A DNA stretch of 64,000 nucleotides from Terracidiphilus sp. (lineage in GTDB: Bacteria; Acidobacteriota; Terriglobia; Terriglobales; Acidobacteriaceae). Shown here piece after piece: positions 1 through 9,135 of the stretch. Position 1 is the first letter of the stretch. Each line of letters starts with the position of its first letter. The position numbers and the translations under genes were made by a program. The DNA lies in the NCBI GenBank assembly GCA_035531055.1, contig DATKTQ010000317.1, positions 11,335 to 75,334 of the forward strand. Direction: 5' to 3'. The notes under the pieces are model-generated. The model searched no databases and was not told where the DNA came from. It saw only the letters and a program-made list of their open reading frames with translations.

Positions 1-91
1 CGAGTTGCGCGTGAAGGTGGGCCAGCGAGTGAAGGGCGGGGCAAGCGTGCTGGCTGCGTTGCCACCCGCGACGGATGGAGCCGGCGGATGA
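1..91 (+). CDS. phosphatidylserine decarboxylase-like protein, C-terminal fragment (gene begins upstream of the window)
   Basis: The frame starting at nt 2 reads ELRVKVGQRVKGGASVLAALPPATDGAGG, then TGA at 89-91. The stop overlaps the next gene's ATG (ATGA junction at 88-91). The VGxxVxxGxxVLA tail and the position directly upstream of pssA fit a Psd proenzyme C-terminus. Only 29 aa are visible, so the family call is weak. Confidence 0.4.
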   Translation, partial: ELRVKVGQRVKGGASVLAALPPATDGAGG

Positions 92-990
92 ACCACCAGG
101 ACCCGGAACTGGCGAAGGCGAGAAACCATGCGCGGGTGCGCCGGGGCATGTATCTGCTGCCGTCTCTGTTTACGGCGTGCAACATCGGAGCAGGATACTT
201 TTCGATCACGCAGACGATGGCGGCGATCGGCAGCAACGGGGATGCGCACTCGCATCTGGACTGGGCGGCGATTGCGATTCTGTTTGCGATTCCGTTTGAC
301 GCGCTGGATGGTCGGATTGCGCGGCTGACGAACACGTGCAGCGACTTTGGCAAGGAACTGGATTCGCTGGCCGACATTATCACGTTCGGCGTGGCGCCGA
401 GCCTGCTGGCGTACATCTGGGGATTTTCGTTTCTTCCGGACTCCGTGGCTCCGCAACTGCGGGAGAACCTGCTGCATGCGGGCGTGTTTGTCTGCTTCCT
501 GTTTCTGATTGGCGGTGCGTCGCGTCTGGCGCGGTTCAACATCAGCCCGGACGCGCAGCCGAGGAACCCGGGACGACCGGGGCGGAAGTATTTTGTGGGG
601 ATGCCGATTCCCGCGGCGGCGGGACTACTGGCCTCGACGGTGCATTTTTTCAATGCGTACCCGGTGGAGGCTTGGTGGGTATCGATTCCGTGGCTCATCC
701 TGGTGGGGCTTTCGGGCTTTTTGATGGTGAGTACGTGGCGGTTCTGGTCAGGCAAGGAGATTAACCTGACGCGGCGGCATCCGTTTCAGGTTCTGCTGCT
801 GCTTGCGATTGTGATGTTTTTGAGTGTGCGTTTTTCGCAGGTGGTGCTGTTTGCAGGCGCGCTGGTGTACACGTTCTCCGGCATCTGGGCGCGCGCGGCG
901 TACTCGTGGTCGCGGCGGCGGAGACGCCCCGCAGCCGCGGAGCAGAGCAGTGCGAGCCATGCGGACCCGGACCCGGCGACGCGCTCCTGA
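88..990 (+). CDS. pssA: CDP-diacylglycerol--serine O-phosphatidyltransferase (CDP-alcohol phosphatidyltransferase family)
   Basis: 300-aa ORF. The CDP-alcohol phosphatidyltransferase signature D-x2-D-G-x2-A-R-x8-G-x3-D-x3-D is readable as DALDGRIARLTNTCSDFGKELDSLAD. Several hydrophobic TM stretches are present. The start overlaps the stop of the upstream psd-like gene. Confidence 0.85.
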   Translation: MNHQDPELAKARNHARVRRGMYLLPSLFTACNIGAGYFSITQTMAAIGSNGDAHSHLDWAAIAILFAIPFDALDGRIARLTNTCSDFGKELDSLADIITFGVAPSLLAYIWGFSFLPDSVAPQLRENLLHAGVFVCFLFLIGGASRLARFNISPDAQPRNPGRPGRKYFVGMPIPAAAGLLASTVHFFNAYPVEAWWVSIPWLILVGLSGFLMVSTWRFWSGKEINLTRRHPFQVLLLLAIVMFLSVRFSQVVLFAGALVYTFSGIWARAAYSWSRRRRRPAAAEQSSASHADPDPATRS

Positions 991-1021
991 TTGATTTTTC
1001 GACCTTCCAGAAAGGATTGCT

Positions 1022-2047
1022 GTGTACAAGATTGCGATTGCCGGAGCGTCGACGCTTTTGGGCAAGGAACTGAAGGATGCACTCACCGAATCGCCGTTTG
1101 CGGCGGCGGACCTGGTGCTGCTGGACGAGGCAGAAGGGCTGGGCCAACTGGACCAGGTGGGCGATGAAGTGACGTTCGTGCAGCCCATTTTGGCGGATAC
1201 CTTTGACCGCATGGACTTCACATTTTTCTGCGGATCCGAGGCGATGACGCTGCGGCACTGGCGTGCGGCGCTGTCGGCCGGGTCGACGGTGCTGGATCTA
1301 TCCGGCGCGCTGGATCAGGAGGCCGGGGTGCTGGTGCGTGCGCCGTGGATTGGGACGGTGGCCGGGGATGCGGATTTGTTTACGCCGGCGGTGGTTCCGG
1401 CGCATCCGGCGGCGCTGGCCCTGGCGATGGTGATGGAGCGGCTGCAGGATGCCGCGCCGGTGCGGCTGGCGGCGGCAACGCTGCTGCTGCCGGCCAGCGA
1501 GTTTGGACGGGCGGCGATGGATGAGCTGCACCAGCAGACGGTGAATCTGCTGAGCTTTCAGGGAGTGCCGCGAGTGGTGTTTGACGCGCAGACTGCCTTT
1601 AACCTGCTGGCGGGGCTGGGAGAGAGCGCGACGGTGGACCTAGGCGCGGTGGATGGCCGGGTTCGGCGGCATTTTGCGGCGCTTGGGGGCAATCGCTGGC
1701 CGGCGCTGGCACTGCAGACGGTGGTGGCGCCGGTGTTCCACGGGCACGCGTTCTCCATGGTGGTGGAACTGGAGCACCCGGTGGAGATTTCCGCGCTGGA
1801 AGAGGCGCTGAGCGGGGACCACGTGGACCTGGTGCTGGAGGATACGGATTCGCCGGCGAACCTGGCGGCGACGGGACAGAACGACGTGCTGGTGCGGCTG
1901 CGGCCGGAGACGGGCGTGCGGAATCCGATGGAGACCCAGCGGCTGTGGGTCTGGGCGGCCTCAGACAATCTGCGGCTTTATGTGCAGAATGCGGTGGAAT
2001 GCGCGATGGACCTGCGCCGGCTGAGGCCACCGGGGACGGTGCAGTAA
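1022..2047 (+). CDS. aspartate-semialdehyde dehydrogenase-like (semialdehyde dehydrogenase family) protein lacking the nucleophile cysteine
   Basis: 341-aa ORF with a GTG start. The N-terminal Rossmann-type IAIAGASTLLGKEL and the C-terminal VAPVFHGHAFSMVVEL resemble Asd/ArgC-family enzymes. The expected NPNCST-type active-site segment reads VVPAHPAAL (see findings). Confidence 0.7.
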   Translation: MYKIAIAGASTLLGKELKDALTESPFAAADLVLLDEAEGLGQLDQVGDEVTFVQPILADTFDRMDFTFFCGSEAMTLRHWRAALSAGSTVLDLSGALDQEAGVLVRAPWIGTVAGDADLFTPAVVPAHPAALALAMVMERLQDAAPVRLAAATLLLPASEFGRAAMDELHQQTVNLLSFQGVPRVVFDAQTAFNLLAGLGESATVDLGAVDGRVRRHFAALGGNRWPALALQTVVAPVFHGHAFSMVVELEHPVEISALEEALSGDHVDLVLEDTDSPANLAATGQNDVLVRLRPETGVRNPMETQRLWVWAASDNLRLYVQNAVECAMDLRRLRPPGTVQ

Positions 2048-2145
2048 GCGGAGGCGCGGGGTGGGGATGTCGCTGCAATGGCAGCGCCGAGCGGGAAAAT
2101 GGACTAAAGTGACTCTCCGAACGGAAAACGTGGCGGAGGGATGCG

Positions 2146-2406
2146 ATGAAACTCAATTCAAGGGCGTTTGGGCTTGCCTGCGGCATTCTGTGGGGCGGGG
2201 CGCTGCTGGTTGTGGGCCTGGTGAATCTGGTCTGGAGCGGCTACGGCCAGCGGTTCCTGGAGGATGTAGCGTCGTTTTATCCGGGGTACGACGCGACGCA
2301 AAGCATTGTGCAGGTGGCGATTGTGACGGTGTACGGCTTTGTGGACGGGCTGGCTGGCGGGATGGTATTCAGCTGGCTGTATAACCGTCTGGCCAAGGCG
2401 TCCTGA
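2146..2406 (+). CDS. small two-TM membrane protein, function unknown
   Basis: 86-aa ORF with GC3-rich codons. It has two hydrophobic segments, GLACGILWGGALLVVGLVNLVW and VAIVTVYGFVDGLAGGMVFSWL. I recognise no catalytic motif. Confidence 0.5.
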   Translation: MKLNSRAFGLACGILWGGALLVVGLVNLVWSGYGQRFLEDVASFYPGYDATQSIVQVAIVTVYGFVDGLAGGMVFSWLYNRLAKAS

Positions 2407-2412
2407 GCGCAG

Positions 2413-3573
2413 CTAGGGCCGGTCGCAGCGGAGCCAGAGCTGCTCAATGTAGTTATCGGTCATGCCGGCGAGGTAGTCGGCGACGGTGCGGGCAAGGCCC
2501 TCGTGGGGAATCTGCGCCTGGTGATCGGGGGGTAGCAGGGCGGGATTGTCGAGCAGCGTGCGGAAGAGGGACTCCACTACATCCGCGGCGTGGGCGTGGA
2601 CCTCCTCCATGCCGGGAGAATTGTAAAAATTGGCGTAGAGAAATTGCTTGGCAGCGGCGCGTTCCGCCTCAACGGAAGGGCTGAGGGTGGCGATGCGGAG
2701 CGGCGCGCGGCGGATGTGCTGGAGCTGGGTGGCGCCGAGAGCGGCGACCTGCGCGCGGGTTTCGGCGACCAGATCTGTGACCAGGGCATTGAGCATGCAC
2801 TTGAGGGTCTCATTGGCGAGGAGCTTGAGGGACGCGGCGGGGTACTGGCGGCGGACCTCGTCGTGAAAGCGGCGGAAGAGGGGAACGCCGTCGCAGATTT
2901 GAGCGAGGGACAAGATGCCGGAGTCGAGTCCGTCGTCGAGGTCGGCGGTGAGGTAGGCGATTTCGTCGGCAAGATCGATGAGTTGTGCTTCGAGGGGCGG
3001 AAACTGGTCGAGGAAGTAGTGGGCCAGCTCGGGGTGGTGGGCGCTCGGGTAGTCGCGGGAGTGCTTGATGATGCCCTCGCGGACGGCGAGGGTGAGGTTG
3101 AGTCCGCGGAAGGCGGCGTAGCGCTCCTCAAACCAGGTGACGATGCGGAGGGCGTGGAGATTGTGATCGAAGGTGAGGCCGTGGGCGCGGAGGGCGCGAT
3201 CGAGGGCCTTTTCTCCGGCGTGGCCGAAGGGCGGGTGGCCGATGTCGTGGGCGAGGGCGAGGGCCTCGGCGAGCTCGGCGTTGAGGCCGAGGGCGTGGGC
3301 GAGGGTGCGGGCGATCTGGGCGACCTCCAGCGTGTGGGTGAGGCGACTGCGGAAGTGGTCGCTGGGAGGGTCACTGGGGAGGCGGGAGAAGACCTGGGTT
3401 TTTCCGGCGAGGCGGCGGAAGGCGCGGGCATGGAGGATGCGCGCAATGTCACGCGCGAAGGGTGTGCGGTAAGGGTGGGGCGGCTCTGGGAAGGCGCGCC
3501 GGGACATCTCGCCGGAGCCGTCGACGGCGATTCCGGGAGGCAGCGAGGCAACCGGGTTGAGGGCCGATGTCAT
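2413..3573 (-). CDS. dGTPase-like deoxynucleoside triphosphate triphosphohydrolase (HD domain)
   Basis: HD-domain motif LAHDIGHPPFGHAGE and FRRLAGKTQVF are typical of dGTP triphosphohydrolase-like proteins. The track ORF extends to a TTG at 3609. Codons between 3573 and 3609 lose the GC3 bias, so I prefer the ATG at 3573. Confidence 0.85.
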   Translation of the reverse strand: MTSALNPVASLPPGIAVDGSGEMSRRAFPEPPHPYRTPFARDIARILHARAFRRLAGKTQVFSRLPSDPPSDHFRSRLTHTLEVAQIARTLAHALGLNAELAEALALAHDIGHPPFGHAGEKALDRALRAHGLTFDHNLHALRIVTWFEERYAAFRGLNLTLAVREGIIKHSRDYPSAHHPELAHYFLDQFPPLEAQLIDLADEIAYLTADLDDGLDSGILSLAQICDGVPLFRRFHDEVRRQYPAASLKLLANETLKCMLNALVTDLVAETRAQVAALGATQLQHIRRAPLRIATLSPSVEAERAAAKQFLYANFYNSPGMEEVHAHAADVVESLFRTLLDNPALLPPDHQAQIPHEGLARTVADYLAGMTDNYIEQLWLRCDRP

Positions 3574-3859
3574 CTGTATACCTAGCCAGGCAGTTCTGCC
3601 TGACTCCAATCTGGTTATATCGTAGATGGACTGCCCAGCGCCTCCGGGGGCCGATGGTGTGTTTTACATCACGGGCGAAGCCAGGGCGGTCGCGGGAGAA
3701 TGTCTCCGACGGCGCGGAGTGCGGCCGGAAGCGGGGAAGACTGGATGTGGACAAGGCCGAAGCATGGGGAGTACCATCCAGCCGAACTTTTTGAAGGTGC
3801 GCAAGATGCCCCGGCGGGCAGGCGCGCAAACTTTTTCACGTCAGGGCCGGGAGGAAACG

Positions 3860-4846
3860 ATGAAGACCATGAGATGGATTGCTGTGGGCGCACTGGCGCT
3901 GGGTGTGGCATTTACTTCCGGGTGCAAGCGGCACTCGCTGAAGGAGGTGTACTACCTGGTTTCTAACAACGTGAATCTGCCCTACTGGCAGACCGCGGAG
4001 AGCGGATTCAACCATGCGGCGGCGGAACTTGGGGTGACGGCCAGGGTGGTGGGTCCGGAGACCTACGATCCGCAGGCCGAGCTGGCTGAGCTGAAGAGTG
4101 CGGTGGCGGCCAAGCCGGCGGGGATCCTGATTTCGGTTTCGGATGTGTCGGTGCTGCAGCCGGAGATTGATGCGGCGATTGCAGCGGGCGTGCCGGTGAT
4201 CACGATGGACTCCGACGCGATGGGCAGCAAGCGGCTGTTCTTTATCGGGACGAACAACCTGGAGGCTGGGCGGCTGGGCGGCCGGCGGCTGATCCAGAGG
4301 CTGGGCGGCCACGGGAATGTGGTGTTCTTTACGATCAGCGGGCAGCCGAACACCGAGGAGCGGCTGAAGGGCTTCAAGGACGTGCTGGATGGGCATCCGG
4401 ACATCCACATCGCGGACGTGGTGGACATCAAGGGCGATGCGCGCGTGGCGTTTGACAAGGCGCAGGAGTACCTTGCGCTGAAGGGTGCGAAGAAGGTGGA
4501 TGCGTTTGTGTGTCTGGAGGCTTCCTCTGGCAAGCAGGTGGCCGAGGTGGTGAAACGGATGAACGTGACCGACCGGACGGTGATTGCGTGGGATGTGGAC
4601 CAGGGCACGCTGGATGCGATCAAGGCGGGCGTGATTGATTCCACGGTGGCGCAGAAGCCGTACACGATGGGCTCCTACGGGCTGAAGGCGCTGGATGCGG
4701 TGTTCCACAACCCGCCGAAGACGCTGGACAAGGACTACGGCGCGGATCCGTTTTCGCCGTATCCTTACTTTGTGGACACGGGCACTTCGCTGGTGGACAA
4801 GGATAACGTGGACCAGTACCTGGCGGCTGCGGCACAGGCTAAGTAG
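3860..4846 (+). CDS. sugar ABC-transporter periplasmic substrate-binding lipoprotein (ribose/xylose-type periplasmic binding fold)
   Basis: The in-frame ATG at 3860 is preceded by GGGAGGA (3849-3855). It opens a signal peptide plus lipobox-like MKTMRWIAVGALALGVAFTSGC. The remainder resembles LacI/RbsB-type periplasmic binding proteins (PAGILISVSD, VITMDSD, GTNNLEAG). The upstream 78 codons of the track ORF look non-coding. Confidence 0.8.
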   Translation: MKTMRWIAVGALALGVAFTSGCKRHSLKEVYYLVSNNVNLPYWQTAESGFNHAAAELGVTARVVGPETYDPQAELAELKSAVAAKPAGILISVSDVSVLQPEIDAAIAAGVPVITMDSDAMGSKRLFFIGTNNLEAGRLGGRRLIQRLGGHGNVVFFTISGQPNTEERLKGFKDVLDGHPDIHIADVVDIKGDARVAFDKAQEYLALKGAKKVDAFVCLEASSGKQVAEVVKRMNVTDRTVIAWDVDQGTLDAIKAGVIDSTVAQKPYTMGSYGLKALDAVFHNPPKTLDKDYGADPFSPYPYFVDTGTSLVDKDNVDQYLAAAAQAK

Positions 4847-4909
4847 GGCCTGAAGGCGGGCAGTAGAAACGCGAAGCGCGGGCGGGGAGCCTGTGCGGCA
4901 GAGACAACG

Positions 4910-4950
4910 ATGGCGGCCCGGCTGAGCGCAGCGGGCCGCCATGATTTTTT
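4910..4950 (+). terminator. rho-independent terminator after the substrate-binding protein gene
   Basis: Perfect 11-bp inverted repeat ATGGCGGCCCG (4910-4920) / CGGGCCGCCAT (4932-4942), followed by GATTTTTT (4943-4950). Confidence 0.6.
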
Positions 4951-4983
4951 GCCGGCACTGTGGATACGTGAAGGGAGAATGCC

Positions 4984-7161
4984 CTAGTTGGCCTTGCCGG
5001 GACCGACGAGGCTTTCTTCCTTGGCCAGCTTGACGTGTGCGCTCTCCAGCTTCTTTTGCAGTTTGGAGACTTCACCGGGGTCAAGGTCGGCGGGCACGGA
5101 CTTGGCGCACTCGGCGAGCGAGAGCTCCCACTGTGCGGCGGCCAGACGGATGCGCCCGGTTTTTTCGTAAAGATCGCCGAGGTGCTCGTGGACGGTTGGG
5201 TCGGTCTGGTCGCGCGCGACGGCTTGGAGAAGATTTTGCTCGGCGAGCTCGTATTGGCCGAGCTTGAAGTAAGCCCAGCCAAGGGAGTCGAGGTAGGCGC
5301 CATTCATGGGCTCCAACTGGACGGCCTTGCGGATGAGCTGGAGTGCCTGTGGCAGCTTGTTGCTCTTGTCGGCAAGCATATAGCCGAGGTAGTTGAGGGT
5401 CATGGCATTGTCGGGGTCCAGGGCCAGCACCTGGCGGAAGTACCGCTCGGCGGGCTCAAGATGCTTTTGCCGCTCAGCGAGTGCGCCGCGGAGGAAGAGG
5501 AGATAGATGCGGTCGTCCTTTTTGGTGCTGAGGGGCTCGGCCTTGTCGAGTGCCTCGCCGGCATCCTTCCAGCGGTGGAGGCGGGTGTACATCTGGGCCA
5601 GGGTGAGCCAGACGGCGCGATTCTTGTTGGCGTTGGCTTCTGAGTTAGCGTCGGTGGTGGTGAGCAGGCCCTTGGCCATGTCGATGCCCTGGTCCACTTT
5701 GCCGTCGTCGGCCAGTTCGCTGGCGAGCAGGAGCTTGAGGTCGGAGTTTTTGGGGTCTGCGGCGACGGCCTTCTCGGTGACGTCGATGGCTTTGCTAAAC
5801 ATTTTGGCGTCGCGGTAGACATCGACCTGGCCCTGGTAGCCATGAATGGCGCTGTCGCCGCCCATATCGACCATCTTCTGGTAGGCAGCGATGGCGTCGT
5901 TGACTTTGTTCTGCTCGTGGTAAACGCCGCCGAGGCGCGCGAGGAAGATGCCGCGGTTGTTCTTTTCCTCCGCGGTGTAGGCGCCATTGGCATGCGAAGT
6001 GAGGTCGACCATGTGCTGGTAGACCTTTGCGGCTTCGTCGTAGCGGCCGAGGACATCGAGAAGGAGGCCTTCGTTGTAGCCGGCCTCAAGAGAATTGGGG
6101 TCAATCTGGGAGGCCTTGCGAACGGCGGTGAGGGCATCCTCATACTTGCCCTGGCGGCGGAGGATTTCTGCGATGCGGACCTGGGCGCCGGCGTTTTCCG
6201 GGTCGGCCTGTGCCAGGTCGCGAAACTGCTTCAGGGCCGCGTCCAACTGATTGTCGGTGAACAGTGCCTGAGCGAGCGCGGCGAGGGTGCGGGGGTCGCC
6301 GGGGGCCAGATCTGCCGCGCGCTGGTAGGCGGCGATGGCGTCCTTGGGGCGCTTGAGCTGGTCATAAGCGGCACCGAGGGCGAACTCGATCTTGGGCGTG
6401 CGGCTGTCCTGTTTTACCCCTTCCAGAACCTTGACGGCCTGATCCATGTTGTTGTTTTCCGCGTAAAGGCGGGCGAGGTTCAGGACCACGACTTCCGAGT
6501 CGGGGTTGATGCCCTCGGCGATCTTGAACTGGTCCTCCGCCTTTTGGGTGTCGTGGCGGACGGTGTAAAGCTGCCCGAGGACCATGTGGTCTTCCACGCT
6601 TTTGGGCTCGAGGGCGAGGATTTTCTCGTACTCGCTGATGGCCTGGTCAAGGGTATTGCCGCTGGGCGATGAGGAAGAAGGTGCGTTCTGTGCCTTGCTG
6701 AGCTGGCGGAGATAAATGCGGCCGAGGAGCTTGTGGGCATCCAGGTTGTCGGGGGCAATCTTGAGCAGGCCGTGCGCGGTGGCCTCGGCTTCACTGATTT
6801 TGCCGGCGCGGAAGTAGAGATCGGCCAGGGCGTTGTTGAGCTCCGGGGAGTTGGGGTCCGCGTTGAGGGCGGTCTTGTACTCCTCAATGGCGTGGCTGAT
6901 GTATTCCATGCTGCCGGATTCGATGGCCCGCTCTTCATCCACGCCGGCCATGGCCGCATGGAAGTAGGCCTTGGCGCGCTCGGGAACGGGAGCGACGTGT
7001 GCGGGGGCGGCCTGGGCAGCGGGCTTGGCTGCCTGGGAGGGCAGGGCGGCGTCCGAGGTGGCAGTGGCAGCGCTTTGCGCTTGGAGGGCCGGCAGAAGCG
7101 CCAGCGACAGGGCTGCCGAGGACAACCAGAGGAGCGGCAAACGGAATTTTGAAGTCATCAT
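4984..7161 (-). CDS. secreted tetratricopeptide-repeat (TPR) protein
   Basis: Long ORF. The plausible start is at the MM pair (7161/7158) or the M at 7176, giving the signal peptide MMTSKFRLPLLWLSSAALSLALLPALQAQ. The body is made of many 34-aa TPR-like units (for example AIEEYKTALNADPNSPELNNALADLYFRAGKISEA). The 150 upstream codons of the track ORF are Pro/Ser-rich shadow sequence. Confidence 0.8.
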   Translation of the reverse strand: MMTSKFRLPLLWLSSAALSLALLPALQAQSAATATSDAALPSQAAKPAAQAAPAHVAPVPERAKAYFHAAMAGVDEERAIESGSMEYISHAIEEYKTALNADPNSPELNNALADLYFRAGKISEAEATAHGLLKIAPDNLDAHKLLGRIYLRQLSKAQNAPSSSSPSGNTLDQAISEYEKILALEPKSVEDHMVLGQLYTVRHDTQKAEDQFKIAEGINPDSEVVVLNLARLYAENNNMDQAVKVLEGVKQDSRTPKIEFALGAAYDQLKRPKDAIAAYQRAADLAPGDPRTLAALAQALFTDNQLDAALKQFRDLAQADPENAGAQVRIAEILRRQGKYEDALTAVRKASQIDPNSLEAGYNEGLLLDVLGRYDEAAKVYQHMVDLTSHANGAYTAEEKNNRGIFLARLGGVYHEQNKVNDAIAAYQKMVDMGGDSAIHGYQGQVDVYRDAKMFSKAIDVTEKAVAADPKNSDLKLLLASELADDGKVDQGIDMAKGLLTTTDANSEANANKNRAVWLTLAQMYTRLHRWKDAGEALDKAEPLSTKKDDRIYLLFLRGALAERQKHLEPAERYFRQVLALDPDNAMTLNYLGYMLADKSNKLPQALQLIRKAVQLEPMNGAYLDSLGWAYFKLGQYELAEQNLLQAVARDQTDPTVHEHLGDLYEKTGRIRLAAAQWELSLAECAKSVPADLDPGEVSKLQKKLESAHVKLAKEESLVGPGKAN

Positions 7162-7399
7162 TGCTGGGGAATCCATGCCTTTTGGTCCGGGTTTTGAGCC
7201 GGGCGAGCCGGCTGTGCTGCTATCCCGGTTGGTTCGAAGGCAAACAGGCGGATGGCCGGGCCGACCCACCTCTTTAAAGACGATTTTACCTTTGATTCGT
7301 CGCATCGGCACGGGGGAAAGCCTGATTTTAGCCCCCGGGCGGTTACCGACGGCGGGACAAAGCGGTTCCCGACGGGTGGAAAAGGACGGAAATTCAGCC

Positions 7400-9028
7400 T
7401 TAATGGCGGAAGTGGCGGATGCCGGTGAAGACCATGGCCAGGCCGAGTTTGTCGGCGGCGGCGATGACGTCCTGGTCCTTGACGGAGCCGCCGGGCTGGA
7501 TGACGGCGGTGGCCCCGGCTGCGGCCACGGTTTCAAGCCCGTCAGGGAAAGGGAAAAAGGCGTCAGAGGCGGCAACGGTGCCCTCCAGGGGCAGGATCGC
7601 TTTTTGCGCGCCGAAGCGGGCGGCATCCACGCGGCTCATCTGGCCGGCGCCGATGCCGATGGTCTGTCCGAGGCGGGCGTAGACGATGGCGTTGGACTTG
7701 ACGTGTTTGCAGACGCGCCAGGCGAAGAGGAGGCTGCGGAGCTCTTCGGCCGTGGGGGGACGCCAGGTGACGACGTCGAGCTCGCCTTCGTTGACGCGGC
7801 CGGTGTCGGCGTCTTGCAGGAGCAGGCCGCCGGAGACGTGCTTGACGACGGGGCGGGGCGGGGCGGAGTGGACTTCGACGAGGCGGAGGTTCTTCTTGGC
7901 GGCGAAGCGCTCGCGGGCCTCAGGTGTGAAGGCGGGGGCGGCGATGGCCTCGACGAAGAGTTTGGCGATTTCGTCGGCGGCTGCAGCGTCGACGGGGCGG
8001 TTGATGCCGATGACAGAGCCGAAGGCGGAGACGGGGTCGCAGGCGAGAGCCTTGGTGTAAGCCTCGGCGACGGAGGAGCCGGTGGCGGCGCCGCAGGGAT
8101 TGGTGTGCTTGATGATGGCGACCATAGGCTCGTCGAATTCCTGGGCGAGCTCCCAGCAGGCTTCGAGGTCGACGAGGTTGTTGAAGCTGAGCTCTTTGCC
8201 CTGCAGTTGGCGGGCGTTGGCGATGCCGAGGCCGGAGCCGTCGGAGTAAAGCGCGGCGCGCTGGTGGGGATTTTCGCCGTAGCGGAGGGACTGCGCGAGC
8301 GGGAAGTTGACGCGAAGTGTGGAAGGCAGGGCGTCGGTGTCGGGGGCGGCGGGGGCGTCGGGCACAGGGGCGGTTGCGATGCGCTCGAGAGTGCCGGCGA
8401 TGGCTGAGTCATAAGCCGCGGTGAGGGCGAAGGCCTGCTTGGCCAGACGCCAGCGGGACTCTCGGCTGAGGGCGCCGCCGGTGGACTGAAGTTCCTGAAT
8501 GAGCGCGGGGTAATCCTGGACGCGGGTGACGATGGCGACGTCCTCGAAGTTTTTGGCGGCGGAACGGACCATGGAGGGGCCGCCGATGTCGATGTTCTCA
8601 ATGAGGTGGCCGAAGGCGACACCGGGCTGCGCGGCGGTTTTCTCAAAGGCGTAGAGGTTGACGACGACCATGTCAATGGGATGGATGCCGTGGGCTGCGA
8701 CGGCGGCTTCGTGCTCGGCGTTGCCGCGGATATAAAGAAGGCCGCCGTGGACGAGGGGATGGAGGGTTTTGACGCGGCCGTCGAGCATCTCAGGAAAGCC
8801 GGTTAGGTCGCTGATGTCCTGGACGGCGAGTCCGGCCTCGCGAAGGGTGCGGGCGGTTCCGCCGGTGGAGACGAGCTCGACGCCAAAGCCGGCGAGGACC
8901 TGCGCCAGTTCGACGAGTCCGATTTTGTCTGTGACGCTGAGAAGCGCGCGGGAAATGCGCCTTTCGTTCTTTCCGCTGGTGTGGCCGGCGCCTGAGTGAC
9001 TCACCCTGATTTGCTCCTTGGCGGCCAT
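7400..9028 (-). CDS. purH: bifunctional AICAR transformylase / IMP cyclohydrolase
   Basis: [30 protein letters not shown] and [10 protein letters not shown] form the MGS-like IMP cyclohydrolase domain. A full AICARFT domain follows. The start is uncertain. It is either ATG 9028, or GTG 9004, which has an AAGGAG 9 nt upstream. Confidence 0.93.
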   Translation of the reverse strand: MAAKEQIRVSHSGAGHTSGKNERRISRALLSVTDKIGLVELAQVLAGFGVELVSTGGTARTLREAGLAVQDISDLTGFPEMLDGRVKTLHPLVHGGLLYIRGNAEHEAAVAAHGIHPIDMVVVNLYAFEKTAAQPGVAFGHLIENIDIGGPSMVRSAAKNFEDVAIVTRVQDYPALIQELQSTGGALSRESRWRLAKQAFALTAAYDSAIAGTLERIATAPVPDAPAAPDTDALPSTLRVNFPLAQSLRYGENPHQRAALYSDGSGLGIANARQLQGKELSFNNLVDLEACWELAQEFDEPMVAIIKHTNPCGAATGSSVAEAYTKALACDPVSAFGSVIGINRPVDAAAADEIAKLFVEAIAAPAFTPEARERFAAKKNLRLVEVHSAPPRPVVKHVSGGLLLQDADTGRVNEGELDVVTWRPPTAEELRSLLFAWRVCKHVKSNAIVYARLGQTIGIGAGQMSRVDAARFGAQKAILPLEGTVAASDAFFPFPDGLETVAAAGATAVIQPGGSVKDQDVIAAADKLGLAMVFTGIRHFRH

Positions 9029-9135
9029 CCTGATTTGCCCGGTGCGGGACTGAGCCCGAAGGGGCAGGAGGACCAAAGAACAGACTACAACCTGCGGGGA
9101 CGGGCAGTCGGTGACGAGGGCGGAGATGCAGTACG

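Noticed and set aside
6971-8407. 478-aa plus-strand ORF, and the similar 496-aa ORF at 37027-38517
   Set aside because: Both are Gly/Ala/Asp/Val-rich antisense shadows, of purH/TPR and of metK respectively. They cross real gene boundaries and intergenic terminators.
9005-9038. 10-nt direct repeat CCTGATTTGC (9005-9014 and 9029-9038) flanking the purH ATG
   Set aside because: It is short. One copy is inside the coding or SD region (AAGGAGCAAATCAGG GTG). It is most simply explained by chance plus start-site ambiguity. I do not know of any regulator motif that matches.
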